From positions 36,024,001 through 36,088,000 of the forward strand of contig NC_086097.1 of NCBI RefSeq assembly GCF_963921235.1: DNA of 64,000 nucleotides, read 5' to 3'. The notes below the pieces were generated by a model, which was not told the DNA's origin, did no database searches, and worked only from the letters and a program-made list of their open reading frames with translations. This stretch comes from Mobula hypostoma. Its lineage: Eukaryota. The position numbers and the translations under genes are program-made. Positions 39,501 to 51,293 of the stretch are shown here, in pieces (the stretch's first letter is position 1; each line of letters starts with the position of its first letter).

Positions 39501-40193
39501 CTCCATGTACTATACTTGCAGTTCTCTCATGACCTTTATCCTCCTCCACCTCATTATCTGCTCTAACACTCTGGTTCCCCTCCCCCTGCAAGTCTAGTTT
39601 AAACCCCCCCGGAGCAGCACTAGCAAACCTTCCCGTAAGGATGTTCGTCCCCCTCCAGTTCAGGTGCAACCCGTCCCGTCAGAACAGGTCCCACCTTCCT
39701 TGGAACAAAGCCCAATTATCCAGAAAGATGAAGCTCTCCCTCCTGCACCAGCTCCTTAGCCACGTATTTAGCTGCATTATCTTCCTATTTCTAGCCTCAC
39801 TAGCACGTGAGGTTGCAACCCTGGAAGTCCTGTCCTTCAACTTTGCACCTAACTCCCTAAACTCTCTTTGCAGGACCTCCTCCTTTTTCCTATCCACGTC
39901 ATTGGTCCCTACATGGACCACAACATTTGGCTGCTCACCCTCCCTCCTGAGAATACCGAGAACTTGATCTGAGATATCGCGGACCCTGGCACCAGGGAGG
40001 CAATAGACCGTCCGGGATTCTCCATCTCTCCCACAGAACTTCCTGTCTGTCCCCCTAGCTATCAAATCCCCTATCACTACTGCTCTCCTCTTTTCCCTCC
40101 TTCCCTTCTGAGCTGAGGGTCCAGTCTCGGTGCCAGAGACGTGACCACTGCAACTTGTCCCTGGTAGGTCGTCCCCACCAACAGTATCCAAAC
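36572..40193 (-). mobile_element. Young, 5'-truncated CR1/HER1-like LINE (partial ORF1 SGNH esterase; ORF2 APE endonuclease plus reverse transcriptase), inactivated
   Basis: ORF 39679-40191: AVVIGD...RGTDRKFCG...CLPGARVRD...VHVGTND (CR1 ORF1 esterase). ORF 38875-39669: YFNVRSIRNK...DVVAITETWL...GVFYRPP...GDF (APE). ORF 37367-38830: KSPGPDGI, NYRPVSLTS, DFSKAFD, GVPQGSVLGP, FADD (RT). Short-repeat 3' tail (GTTCTAT-like) near 36570-36600. Confidence 0.95.
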
Positions 40194-40830
40194 GGAACAG
40201 GCGCTACAGCCCATGATATTTGTGTTAACCATGGTGCCAAATTAAACTAAGCCCATCTTTCTGCACATGACCCATTTTCCTCCATTTCCCGCATGCTCAT
40301 GTGCTTATCTAAATGCATCTATTGTGTTCTCTTTCACCACCACCCCTGGCAGCCTGATCCAGGCATCTACCATTCTTTGTGTAAAAAAGGAACTTACCCT
40401 GCACATCTTCTTTAAAGCTTTGCCTTTTCACTTAAAGCTCTGCCCGCCAGTATTTGACATTTCTATCATGAGAAAAAGACTTGGACTAACTGTTTCATCT
40501 ATGCCTCTCATGATTTTACAAACTTCTGTTAGGTTTCCCCTCAGTCTCTGATGCTCTGGGGGAAACAATCCAAGTTTGTCCAACCTCTTGATGTACCTGT
40601 TCTGCACTCTCTCCAAAGCCTCCACATTCTTTCTGTAACGTAATATTTACGGGCAACCTGAAGGGGAACTTCTGGTGTGAGTGTGGAACTGCACAACATA
40701 CTCTGAACCAAAATTTCATATACCTGCAACAGCTTCGTTACTCTTATACTCGATGTCTCAACCAAAGAGGGCAGGCATGCTGTATGCCTTTTTCACGACC
40801 CTCTCTATTCACGGAACTATCGATTTGAAT
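40194..40830 (-). mobile_element. Older CR1-like LINE 3' fragment
   Basis: ORF 40428-40625: EALERVQ...RLDKLGLF...RLRGNLTEVCKIMRG, a degenerate CR1 ORF2 C-terminus. Confidence 0.75.
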
Positions 40831-41959
40831 CCCAAGAACCTTCTGTACAGCATTGCTTCCATAAAGCAGGGAGTGGAGGGAAATGGTTCTGCCATTGTGT
40901 TGTACACTTTCCTCTTTACATTTTGCCTCCTTTCCTGACATTTCCTTCTGTTGCAGTCTCAAAAGCCAAGTAAAGAGAAGCTCTTGAACAAAAGAGGATA
41001 ATTGCACTCTTCTAGCGAGATGTTCCCACAATCAATAATCTTACTTTAAGGCTTCTTTATCTTGTTATTTCATGCTTTTATTATTTATTGTTATTTATTT
41101 ATATCTGCATTTGCACGGTTTGTTGTCTTCTATGCTCTTCCTCTTTAGCTGATCCTGTTTACAGTTACTATTCTATAGATGTACTGAGTACACCAGCAGG
41201 AAATAGAATCTCAGGGTTGTATGAGGTGATATGTATGTACTCTGATAATAAATTTTACTTTAAACTTTGAGATCCAGCATTATCTGGTGGTTTTAAATCA
41301 CAGCTCAGCTCAGTCCTGTGCACCTCATGCCTCACTCACTGACTGATGCTTCTTCAGCAGGACCCAATTCACAATCGTTCAGTTTCTTGACACAGGAATC
41401 AAGGTGCACTTTGGCAATAAGCAATGAAGAATACATCCTTTGTGCCTTTTTTTAAAAAAAAAACTGCTGCTTCCACTGCAAGGATCAAGAATCAGTTCCT
41501 GTAAATAGGTCTATCAAAGTAATTAGCTCAAGAGCCTTGAAACTGTGCCTCAGAACGGCATCCGGTTACCAAATCAGAGCATTAAATACATGAAGGGTGC
41601 TTGACAGAAGAATAAAAAAAAGTGATCAAATATCACATGAAACTAGGAACAGCTAATCCAGTGTATCAACTTACATAGCCTTCCAAAACATTTTAGAACT
41701 GTTGGATTAAACAATACTTTGTTCACCAGTTCTCACACAGATTCATTCTCAGGCCCTTTCTTTGAAGCTAGAAAGGGAGAGCAAGGCTTGTAAAAAGAAA
41801 ATGAAGAGAATGCTATCTGAAGACAGGTTTTGAACAGAGGTTGGAATTGGAATTGGAAATGGAATTGGTTCAACGTTGTCACATGTGGTGATTTGCAGTG
41901 AAGCGCTTGTCTAACGTACTCTTCCTTCACATCACATCATCCCCCATTGCAATAACACA

Positions 41960-42415
41960 TGGAGTATTGCATACAGTTCTGTTCACCCCACTACAGGAGG
42001 GATGTTGAGGCTTTGGAGAGGGTGCAGAAGAGGTTTACCAGGGTGCTGCCAGCTCTAGAGGCTGGATAAACTTGGGTTGTTTTCTCTGGAGTGCTGGAGA
42101 CTGAGGGGAGATCTGATACAGGTTTATAAGATTATGCGAAGCATAGGTTCAAAAGGGATGTGAGGGGTAAGTTTTTTTTTACTCAGAGAGCCGCGGATGC
42201 CTGGAATGCGCTGCTGGTATGGTGGTAGAGGCAAATAGAATAGAGGCTTTTAAGAGACGTTTGGACAGGCACATGGATGTAAGGAAGATGGAGGGATATG
42301 GACATGGTGTAGGTAGGAGGGATTAGTATTTGAGAGTTTTTGATTTTCTTCTTAGTTGGGTCGGCACAACATTGTGGGCCAAATGGCCTGTTCCTGTGCT
42401 GTACTCTTCTATGTT
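41960..42415 (+). mobile_element. CR1-like 3' fragment
   Basis: ggctttggagagggtgcagaagaggtttacc (ALERVQKRFT) through tail cctgtgctgtactcttctatg. Confidence 0.75.
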
Positions 42416-42814
42416 TATTCAGAGATACAGTGCAGATCAGGCCTTTCTGGCCCAACACACTGCACCGCCCATTAACCCATCTATTTAACCTTACCCCAAT
42501 CACAGGACAATTTGCAATGACTAATTAATCTAACGGACTGTGGGAGGAAATCAGAGCCCGTGGAGGAAACACACGCGATTGTAGGGAGAACGTACCAACT
42601 CCTTACAGATAGCACCAAACTCCGACCCCCTAAGCTCCCGTGAAACAAGGTAAAACAACATCGATGCAGAAGGAAGTGTACTAGCTACAGAGAAAGTACT
42701 GTGCAGCTAAACAATAAGGTGTAAGCTCACAGTGAGGTAGATTGAGGTCAATGCCCAACACCTGAACAATGCTGAGACTTGGCATTTCTGCAGTGACCTC
42801 TATTTGGTTAGCCA

Positions 42815-42816
<2 letters not shown>

Positions 42817-42884
<68 letters not shown>

Positions 42885-43235
42885 CTGGAGGAACTCAGTG
42901 GGCCAGGCAACATCGATGGAAAAGAGTATAGTTGAAGTTTCCGCCCGAGACCCTTCAACAGGACTGAAGAAAAAAAAGATGAAGGGTCAGAGTTAGAGGG
43001 TGGGGGCAAGGAAGGGAGAAACACAAGGTGATCAGTGAAACTGGGAGGAGGGGGAGAGGTGGAGTAAAGAGCTGGGAAGTTGATTGGTGAAAGAGATACA
43101 GGGTTGGAGAAGGGGTGAGTGTAATAGGAGAGGATTAGAAGGCCATGGAAGAAAGAAAAGGGGGAGGAGCACCAGAGGGAGCTGATGGGCAGGTAAGGAG
43201 ATAAGGCAAGAAGGAAAAGGGAATGGGGAATGGTT
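42817..43235 (-). mobile_element. Penelope pseudo-LTR fragment with expanded (CA)n
   Basis: Aligns by eye with 29383-29750. The short acacac in the element head is expanded to about 30 CA units (42819-42878). Confidence 0.85.
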
Positions 43236-43944
43236 AGCCACTCTCCTTTTCTCTATCAGCACACTCAGGATCTACTGCCATCCTTGGACGATGTGTTACA
43301 GGTAGCATATCTTTGACTACAGTCGAAGTGACAAGTTAGGAGGCTCCCACAGGATACCAGTTCTGCCATGTTATAGAACAAGAAGGGGTCAGAGATGCAA
43401 ATTCCAGCTCAAATAACCTAATTGGATTGCTTTGCAAGGAACGAGAGCTCTCACCTGCAAAAGGCCAAATGGCCTCCTGTGAACAATGAGCTAAAGTTGT
43501 AAGGAAATTAGTGCAGGCTTACAAAAAGATCCCTCTTTCCTGCTGTGTCTAAGGTATCAAGTATGGTGAGAACAGAAGAGACTGTATATATACAGTAAAT
43601 ATTGTAAAAGGAATATTACATCTTAAATTCTTAATATCTATTATAAAAGGCAGAAACTACAGTAACATAGCTATGAAAAACAGAATACAAAAAAAAACAT
43701 TATTCCATCTCATTCTAAAATTCCTGTAGATGTCTGTTGCTGAATGTGATTTCATCGTCTTTATTGGGATTAGGACATCATTGACAAGGCCAGCATTTAA
43801 TGCCTTTCCCTTAAAAGGCAGTGGTGAGCCAGCCCCTGAACCAGTGCTTGAGGAGGTACTGCCACAGTGCTGTTGGGTGGCAAGTTGCAGAACTTTGATC
43901 CAACTATGATGAAGGAATGGTGATATATTTCCAAATCAAGAGGC

Positions 43945-44615
43945 GATTTACCAGGATGCTGCATGGATTAGAGAGCATGTCTTAATGAGGATAGGTTGAG
44001 CAAGCTACAGCTTTTCTCTTTGAAGCAAAGGAGGATGAGAGGTGATTTGATAGAGGTGCACAAGGTGATTTGAGTCACAAATTGAGTGACAGCCAGAGAA
44101 TTTTTCTGAGGGCAAAATGGCTAATACGAAGGGACGTCACTTTAATGTGATTGGAGGAGAGAATTGGGAATGTCAGAGATAAGTTATTTTTACACACAGT
44201 GCTAGGTGCATGGAACACATTGCTAGGGGTGGTGGTAAAGATAGATGTATTAGGGACATTTAAGAAACTCTTAGATAGGCACATGGATGATGATATAGCT
44301 TAGTTATTATTTTTTTCCTTTTGTATTTGCAGTTTGTTGTCTTTTGCACATTGGTTGCTTGTCTGAACCGCTGAGTGTGGGTTTTCATTGATTCTAATGT
44401 GTTTCTTGTACTTACTGTGAATGCCTTCAAAGAAATTAATCTTAGGATTGTTTAAGGTGACATATATGAACTTTGATAACAAGTTTACTTTTAACTTTGA
44501 AATGGAGGGCTAGGTAGGAAGGAAAGGTTAGATTGATCTTAGAGTAGATTAACAAGTTAGCACAACATCGTGGGCCGAAGGGCCTATACTGTGCTGTAAT
44601 GTTTTCTATGTTCTA
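43945..44615 (+). mobile_element. CR1-like 3' fragment with nested LINE tail (about 44300-44500)
   Basis: gatttaccaggatgctg...ggaggatgagaggtgatttgatagagg...gggccgaagggcctatactgtgctgt. The insert ends ...tttgataacaagtttacttttaactttga, similar to 41200-41270. Confidence 0.7.
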
Positions 44616-44880
44616 GAGGTCTGCAACTTGGATGCGAACACTCAGCTGCTGGCTTTCATATATACCTACAGCCCTTGCCCTTCTAGGTGTAGAGGTTGTT
44701 GGTTTGGGAGTTGTTGTCAGATGAGTGTAAAAAAGTAACAGCAGTGCACTTGGTACATAGAACACACTGCACTTACTGTGCACAAATGCTGCAAGGAATG
44801 AAGGCGGAGAGCAGTTGATGAGGTACCCATCAAATGGGCAAGAACTGCCAGTTCTCTGTAACTGCTTTCAAATCTGTAGC

Positions 44881-44928
44881 TACTCTCAGGATTGAGTACT
44901 CTCAGGATTTAGCCACTCTCAGGATTGG
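44881..44928. repeat. Short 16-17 bp tandem triplication
   Basis: actctcaggatt repeated three times. Confidence 0.85.
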
Positions 44929-45756
44929 CTATGTCTCACAGAGGATCACTGCATTTTTCATCAGTGTTCACTGAAATGTACTCAGGAGTGGAATTCTAAT
45001 AAGGTCCTCCTCTCGAAATGAAGTCTGTGTTCCTTGTTATACAACACTACTTGCAATATCCCCAGGTGTCAGAGTGCAGAGCAGAAATCCTGATCTATAT
45101 TTTTCCATGTGGGACAATAGGAAAACACAATTTAAAAATCCATATATTCCAGCATTTTATAGATAATTCTTCTTCCCTTATCTCATTTGGACAATAGGAA
45201 AACAACTGCTATATTAAATCTCATTTCACCTGGAGGACTGTATTGACTACATACAAATAACATGTAAAAAATGCATAAGTGTGGCATAATATTTCAACGG
45301 GAATGGGAGGAAAAATTAAATATTTTTAATTTACATGTTCTGAAAGGGATTCATCAATTTTCTTTGTATTTAAAACTTTGTTTAACAACTGATATTTTTG
45401 TGTGACATAGGGTTCTAAACCAGTCAGGAAAAGGAGAGATAGGGATGCTTGTGACTGAAATTCCAGCTCAGTTTCATATCTCCCAATTGGCAATCGTGTA
45501 TCAGACTGCTAAGTTATTTAGCCTTCTTGTTCATTGTTGCCGCTGTGATTTCCGATGTGGAGATAGCCACCGTGTGTTCGCAGTGAAGAAAAACATGCAA
45601 GATAAAGAGCAAATAAACTGTTGTGAAAGTACACATTGAATTAGAGCCAATTAAATTAATGCAACACTCTAATTTATTTTACCCAAATAATGGAAGTAGT
45701 GAAAGAAACTAACACATAATTATTCCCTGGAAAATTACAGAACTTTAAGGCCTTAC

Positions 45757-46013
45757 CTCTGGACTCCAGGCTGAGGAACTGTCAGTCTTGTCATTTCCTT
45801 CATAGCCTTGATTATCAAAGTTGGTCCCTTGATCTGGATTTCCCTCCTCTGTTTGCTGCATCCCGTGATTATTGGCTGGAGTCCCAGCTGCTTCATCAGA
45901 GATCCTTTGACGGTCAGCTCCATCCTCAAATCCCATGGCTGAGCTCATAGACAACTCGTCTTCTTCATAAGAGTGGTTATCTTGAAAGCTAAACTGTTGC
46001 TGTCTATCTGTGT
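45757..46013 (-). CDS. SYT16: SYT16 coding exon (acidic low-complexity linker)
   Basis: gcttag|ACACA ... CCA GAG|gtaagg, 257 nt, phase 1 to 0. Translates (D)TDRQQQFSFQDNHSYEEDELSMSS...DKTDSSSAWSPE; phases fit both neighbouring exons. Confidence 0.88.
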
Positions 46014-46460
46014 CTAAGCAAGCAAATATGGACAATATTTTGAAAGAATCAGGAAGGGAAAGATCTTTAAAAAGCATTCTAAACACCAGCAGACATAAGG
46101 ATACAGCACCCCCTTAATCGCTGACAGCTCACAAACAAATAAGCACGGAGAAGAAAAGTCAATAAAGAGTTTGCTTTCATTCAACTCAGTAATCAATACA
46201 ATTAGAAAGCAGAAATAGTTATCTCACATATGCAGTACTGAACTGCTATGGTTCTGGTAGCTAATATTATCAGTTATATTTCATGCAGTGTAGACTTTTT
46301 TTCTCCTTTTGTGACAGCAGATAGAGTCATTACTGAAAAGCGTGGAATAACTTAAAAAATGCGAGAAAACACATTCAAGGTTGCAAGCCGCAAAGGAAAC
46401 CAGCAAAATGTTCAGAAAACTGTGTGACCTTGTAATTGCATTACAAACCATGCATGGTAC

Positions 46461-46673
46461 CTTCAACTTCAGAGGCCTCAGTGCTGAATTCTTCGTGATT
46501 CGAAGGTAAACGATTAAATTTCTGCCTACGCTCTAAACCCGCCTGTGTCACTTTCTCTGATATTGTAGACCGGAAACTCTGGGATCTCGATACTGAGAAT
46601 TCAAACTGTTTGATCACTTCCTCATCGCTGTCTGTAGATGTGGTCAACTCCTCATCATCCCCATAACTGTTCA
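46461..46673 (-). CDS. SYT16: SYT16 coding exon (most 5' exon identified in the window)
   Basis: ccctag|TGAAC ... GAA G|gtacca, 213 nt, phase 1 to 1. Translates NSYGDDEELTTSTDSDEEVIKQFEFSVSRSQSFRS..., matching the SYT16 motif VNSFGDDEELSTSSDSDEEVIKQFEISVSRSQSFRS as I recall it. Confidence 0.9.
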
Positions 46674-48909
46674 CTAGGGAGAGAAAGAGAATACAGCCCT
46701 TCCGATGAAAGAACTCTTTCTGTGCAGACTGCTGCTCCATATGTAGACAGAGCCACTCTGCAACCTCAAAATAGGCTTCTATAATGCTGAAAGTAACACT
46801 TTACATGAACTTCCTTATTTTTCAGCAAGCATTTTTATATTTGTAAACAGTATTTCTATTAGAAGGCAAAGTATTACACATTTTAGTTTGACTTAAAGAA
46901 TACAATCTAGTGGACCAAATCTCTCCTCTTGTAGCAGTCCAGCCACCCCAGAAATCAATCTGGTAAGCCTTTGTTGTATTCTCTCAATAACATTCTTTCT
47001 TTGATAAAGAATCCAAAACTGCTCAAGTGCGGTCTCACCAAAAGCCGTATAGTCATAGAGTCCTACAGCACGAAAAGAGGCCCTTTGGCACAAATGGTCC
47101 ATGTCAAACAAGATGCCCCATCCAAGTCAGTTCCAGTTCTCAGCATCTGGCCCGTAACCTTCGAAACTTTTCCAATCCATGTACCAGTCCTACTGTCTTT
47201 GAAAAGCTGTTACTGTATCAACCTTAACCACTTCCTCCGGCAGCATTCCATGTACATATCACCCTTTGTGTAAAACACTGTCCCTTAAGATCCTATTAAT
47301 CTTTCACCTCTCACCTTAGGTTTACGTTCCTTAATTTTTGATACGCCAGCTCTGAGGGAAAGATCTGCGTGCATTCACTCTGTCTATGCCCCTCATGATT
47401 TTAAATACCTCCATAAGATCACCTTTCAGTACCCTACGATCGAAGGAATAGCCTGTCCAACCTCTAACCATAACTCAGTCGCTTCTTCACCACCCTGTCT
47501 ACCTGTGACTCTCCTTTCAGAGAGCCATGTATCTGTACTCCAAGATCTACTCTATCCTACAATATTCCCCTGTATGACTGTAGCGAGATATCTTGTGCAA
47601 CCGACAAATCATGTGTCTTCTTAACGGTTTGCTACATCTCTGCCTGCTTTCAGTAACTAGTGTACAGGAGCATACAAATTCCTTTCTATTTCAACATTTT
47701 CCAATTTATTGCCTATCAAATAATATACTCTTTTTTCTGTTTTTCTTAACCAGAATTTGATAACTTCACATATATCAACATTTTACTGCAAATGCCATGT
47801 ACTTTCCATTCCCTGGTCCAAATCCCCTTGCAGCCTCTTTACATCCTCCTCATTTTCCCACTCCATTTCACTTCTAAGGTTCAGCAGCCATGTACTCTTA
47901 CAGACATTAAGAAATATTTTGCACCTTTTGGGAAAGTTACAAGCACCACTTGTGCCAGGAGTTATTTATGTCTCCATAATCACTATCATTTCTGTTACAG
48001 AGCAAACTGGAAGACCAAGAAGACACAAAAATCTGATAGCACGTACCAGGCAGGCACAAGAACAACCCCTATGCTATAAAATGACCACTAAATGGTTTTC
48101 TAGTGCAAGTTGGACTCTTGACCTCACAATCAATCTGATTATGATCACCTTATTGGTTCCCTACATTGCCCTTCCACTGTAATCGTATCACTTTATTCTT
48201 CATTGATATTGTTTTACCTTATTCTGCCTTAATGTCCTATGCAATGATTGGATCTGTATGAACAATATGCAAGAAAAGGTTTTCCCTGTATCTCAGTATA
48301 GGTGACAATAATAAACCAATTCCAATTTCAATTCCAATTTACCCGTTTCCATTCCCATTTATTCCCCTCTGACCTGCAGCTTAGTGTTACTTTTTTCCCT
48401 AAGACCACATCGAATTATAGAACTAACAGTTTAGCAACTGGCCCATTAATTCTCAATCCACAATCCTGTACTCTGACTTTAATAGACTCACAATCTGTAC
48501 TGCCACTCTCCAGTTACAATACTTTTGCCTTCATTAAACTGTTGTGGCCCACAAGCCCAGAGCCTGCAGTCTTTCGGAGTGCACGGCCACTACCTTCTCA
48601 ACACCACTTCCTTGTCAGTGAAGCACTTTTGTTTAACTCCATGATTAATTAACAACTAATAAATTAATGTTTATTATCACCAAATGAGTTTCAGGTTTAC
48701 TTCCTTTGTTCCCCCGTTGAAATAGCAACCGTTTCAATAGCAAATCCCTGTAACAACATCCAGACAGCCAGCTCCCAGCCATATAGTTCCCCAAAGCTTC
48801 CAGCTGTTCATTCCTTTAACCTGTTTAGCATATTCCTCTTCATCACATAGACTGATTCTTGCCAACCACTTTCTAAATTGGAGAGTGTCAATCCACTTTT
48901 ATTAATATA

Positions 48910-49437
48910 CAGTACAGTGCAAAAGTCTATATATAGAGCTAGGGTGCCTATGACTTTGCACACTACCGTCTTTGTTAATGTGGAGTGGAGAGTGAGCTTG
49001 TAAATCTGCCAGGAGCAAAGCATGCTGGGAATGGCGGTATGTGGACCGCCAGGGGAGGAGTGTGGGCCAGGTGGCCAAGAAGGAGTGCCAGTGGGGGGGA
49101 AGGTGTGGTGCCGGTGCAGACACACCCAGCCCTGAGACACTAGGCAAGGTCATTTGATTCCAGATAATTGACTTATTGATCATTACAGAATCTCTCCCTG
49201 GTGCTTCCCATTCCCTCCCCTCTCCCTTCCCCTTTTCCCAACCCTATCTCTGTCCCTTTCCCACTGTCAGTCCACAACAGCGAGCCATATCAGAATCAGG
49301 TTTATCATCACTCACACATGTCATAATTTTTTTTTTGCAGCAGTACAGTACAATACATAAAATTACTACAGTAGTATGCAAAAGTCTTAGGCACCCTTGC
49401 TATATATATATGTGTCTAAAACATTTGCATGGTAGTG
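48910..49437. mobile_element. Tc1/mariner-like MITE
   Basis: TA|CAGTACAGTGCAAAAGTCT... at left and ...AACATTTGCATGGTAGTG|TA at right (degenerate TIR, TA flanks). Internal TIR copies at about 48943-48968 and about 49369-49394. Confidence 0.65.
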
Positions 49438-49535
49438 TAACATCTAAATAAACAGCACAATTTCAACCTTAATAACTAGATCAATTGTTTAACCCGAAGT
49501 ACTAAGGAGCTGTCAAAAATGAATTTGTGCTTATA

Positions 49536-49703
49536 ACAAACATAAGAAAATCTGTAGATGCTGGAAATCCGAGCAACACACACAAAGTGCTGGAAGAACT
49601 CAGCAGACCAGGCAGCATCTAGGAAAAGAGTAGTTGACGTTTCGGGTACCGCCGAAGGGTTTTGGCCTGAAACGGCGACTGTACTCCTTTCCTAGATGCT
49701 GCC
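49536..49703. mobile_element. Penelope pseudo-LTR inverted fragment (hairpin)
   Basis: ggcagcatctaggaaaagagtagttgacgtttcgg ... ctgaaacggcgactgtactcctttcctagatgctgcc are imperfect reverse complements. Similar relics lie at about 6692-6800, 26755-26910, 26985-27170, 36030-36200 and 60232-60328. Confidence 0.8.
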
Positions 49704-50589
49704 GACAATACATGCTCCAAAGCAACAGAAAGGAATTGCTACATAAACTCAGTCAGGATCAAGCAGTAAAATAATGCTGACTATTAGCAGAATCTATTTA
49801 ATCCCTGTGGACAATATTAACCATCATGGTTTTGTTTCTTCCTGTAGTTACTATTTCCACCCAGTTACAAAGGGACACTTCATATCATAGTCAATGGATG
49901 ACTCCTACTTGAGTTGTAGTTCCTTATGGTACGCTGCCTTCCCACAAACAGCATAAGATGCTCGGCCAACCATCTACTCATGCCAAAAGGGAGGAATGTT
50001 GGCCAGGACATGAGAACAGTTCCATTCTCTTCTTTAAAGATGGTACAGTATCATCCAGCTTACAAGGACACTGCCCTGCACATGCTTTACCCTGCATAAT
50101 CACGTCAGGAAATCATTGATACATTTCCTATATTATTGTGAGATACACTTCTAAAGGATTCATGTATTATATCTTAAATAGTAACCGTGGGAATAGGTCA
50201 CTCTCTGGGATACCCAACCACTAGTTTACAGAACAAATACAAACTTTTTTTCTGTCACTTGACTCTGTTGTACACTTCCTGCATTTGGATATCAGATATG
50301 ATTTCTATGTTTTGTTGCTGCTGTCAGACCTGGCATTTTATTGCTCCTTTTGTTACTCCCTCAGGTTTTACTGAACAGATCCCTTTCTCCTTACAATCAT
50401 CTTCACTTCTCTATAATAATTACTGTTTAGAAGCATCTGTACAAAGTTATGCCTCACTGAGCTTCTGTCCAAGATAGAAGTTAAATAGCTGGCGCCTATT
50501 GCTAAACCTGAGAGCTGCGTGCTAGGACTTGGGAACTGGAAATATAGATCATTTCTAAAACTAATGCTTGTCCCAGGTTCAGATACACA

Positions 50590-51293
50590 TTCACATTCAG
50601 ATTGATTTATCACATGGACATCAAAACATACAATGTTTAACACATTGCTTGTGTTAACAACTGACACACTTAGGGAGAGCTGGGGGCAGCTCACCACACA
50701 TTCCGACACCAGATAGATTGCCCGCAATGCTCGGCAGAACAACAAAAAACATAACAAAACAGAATACATCAAACAATAAAACAACAACAGCAAAACAAGA
50801 TCCTTTCCCCGCCTCCCACCTACCCACACACTCACATGGGCGTTCTCCAACCCCAGGACTGGCTGGACCTCCAGTCTCCAATCTCCAAGCTCTAGACTTC
50901 CAATCGACCTTCAGGCTTCGAGCTTCGGTATTGGACCCCAGACCAGTCAATGACGGGATCCCAAACTCCAGGCTTTCATTTGCCATCCATGTCGCTGGGC
51001 ATTAAATACGAGGTGGAGGCCTGGACTCCAGATGCCCTTTGTTCCCACGTCCATATTGCTGGACTTCAAGTACAGTGCAGAGGCCTAGACTCTGGATGTC
51101 CTTTGTCACCCATCCATATCACTAGACTTTGAACATGGAGCATGGAGCAGAATCCTGACCTCTAACCCCTCCAGCACTGTCCCTAAACCTAACCTGACCA
51201 CTAACTCCTTTTTCTGTCCACAAAACCATCCCTACAAACTTAAAAAAAAGACAAAGTCTGGGACACAATCGCGATGGAAACCACAGCTCAGTG
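50590..51293 (-). repeat. Unclassified non-coding interspersed repeat (related copy at about 22700-23790, plus strand)
   Basis: Both copies share cttgttttgctgtt...tctgcc.ag.attg.gggca...tgtgtgg...ctgcc.ccagc...gatgt.catgtga. Contains about 3 degenerate ~65-bp repeats at about 50950-51135. Confidence 0.55.

Noticed and set aside
41841..41870. (GGAATT)n and the similar (CAATTC)n at about 48317-48340 as satellite or regulatory repeats
   Set aside because: They are short-repeat 3' termini of LINE fragments.
11214..46673. Assignment to SYT14
   Set aside because: Diagnostic C-terminal residues and the NSYGDDEEL...SRSQSFRS exon fit SYT16 better, from recalled sequences; a tree is needed for certainty.
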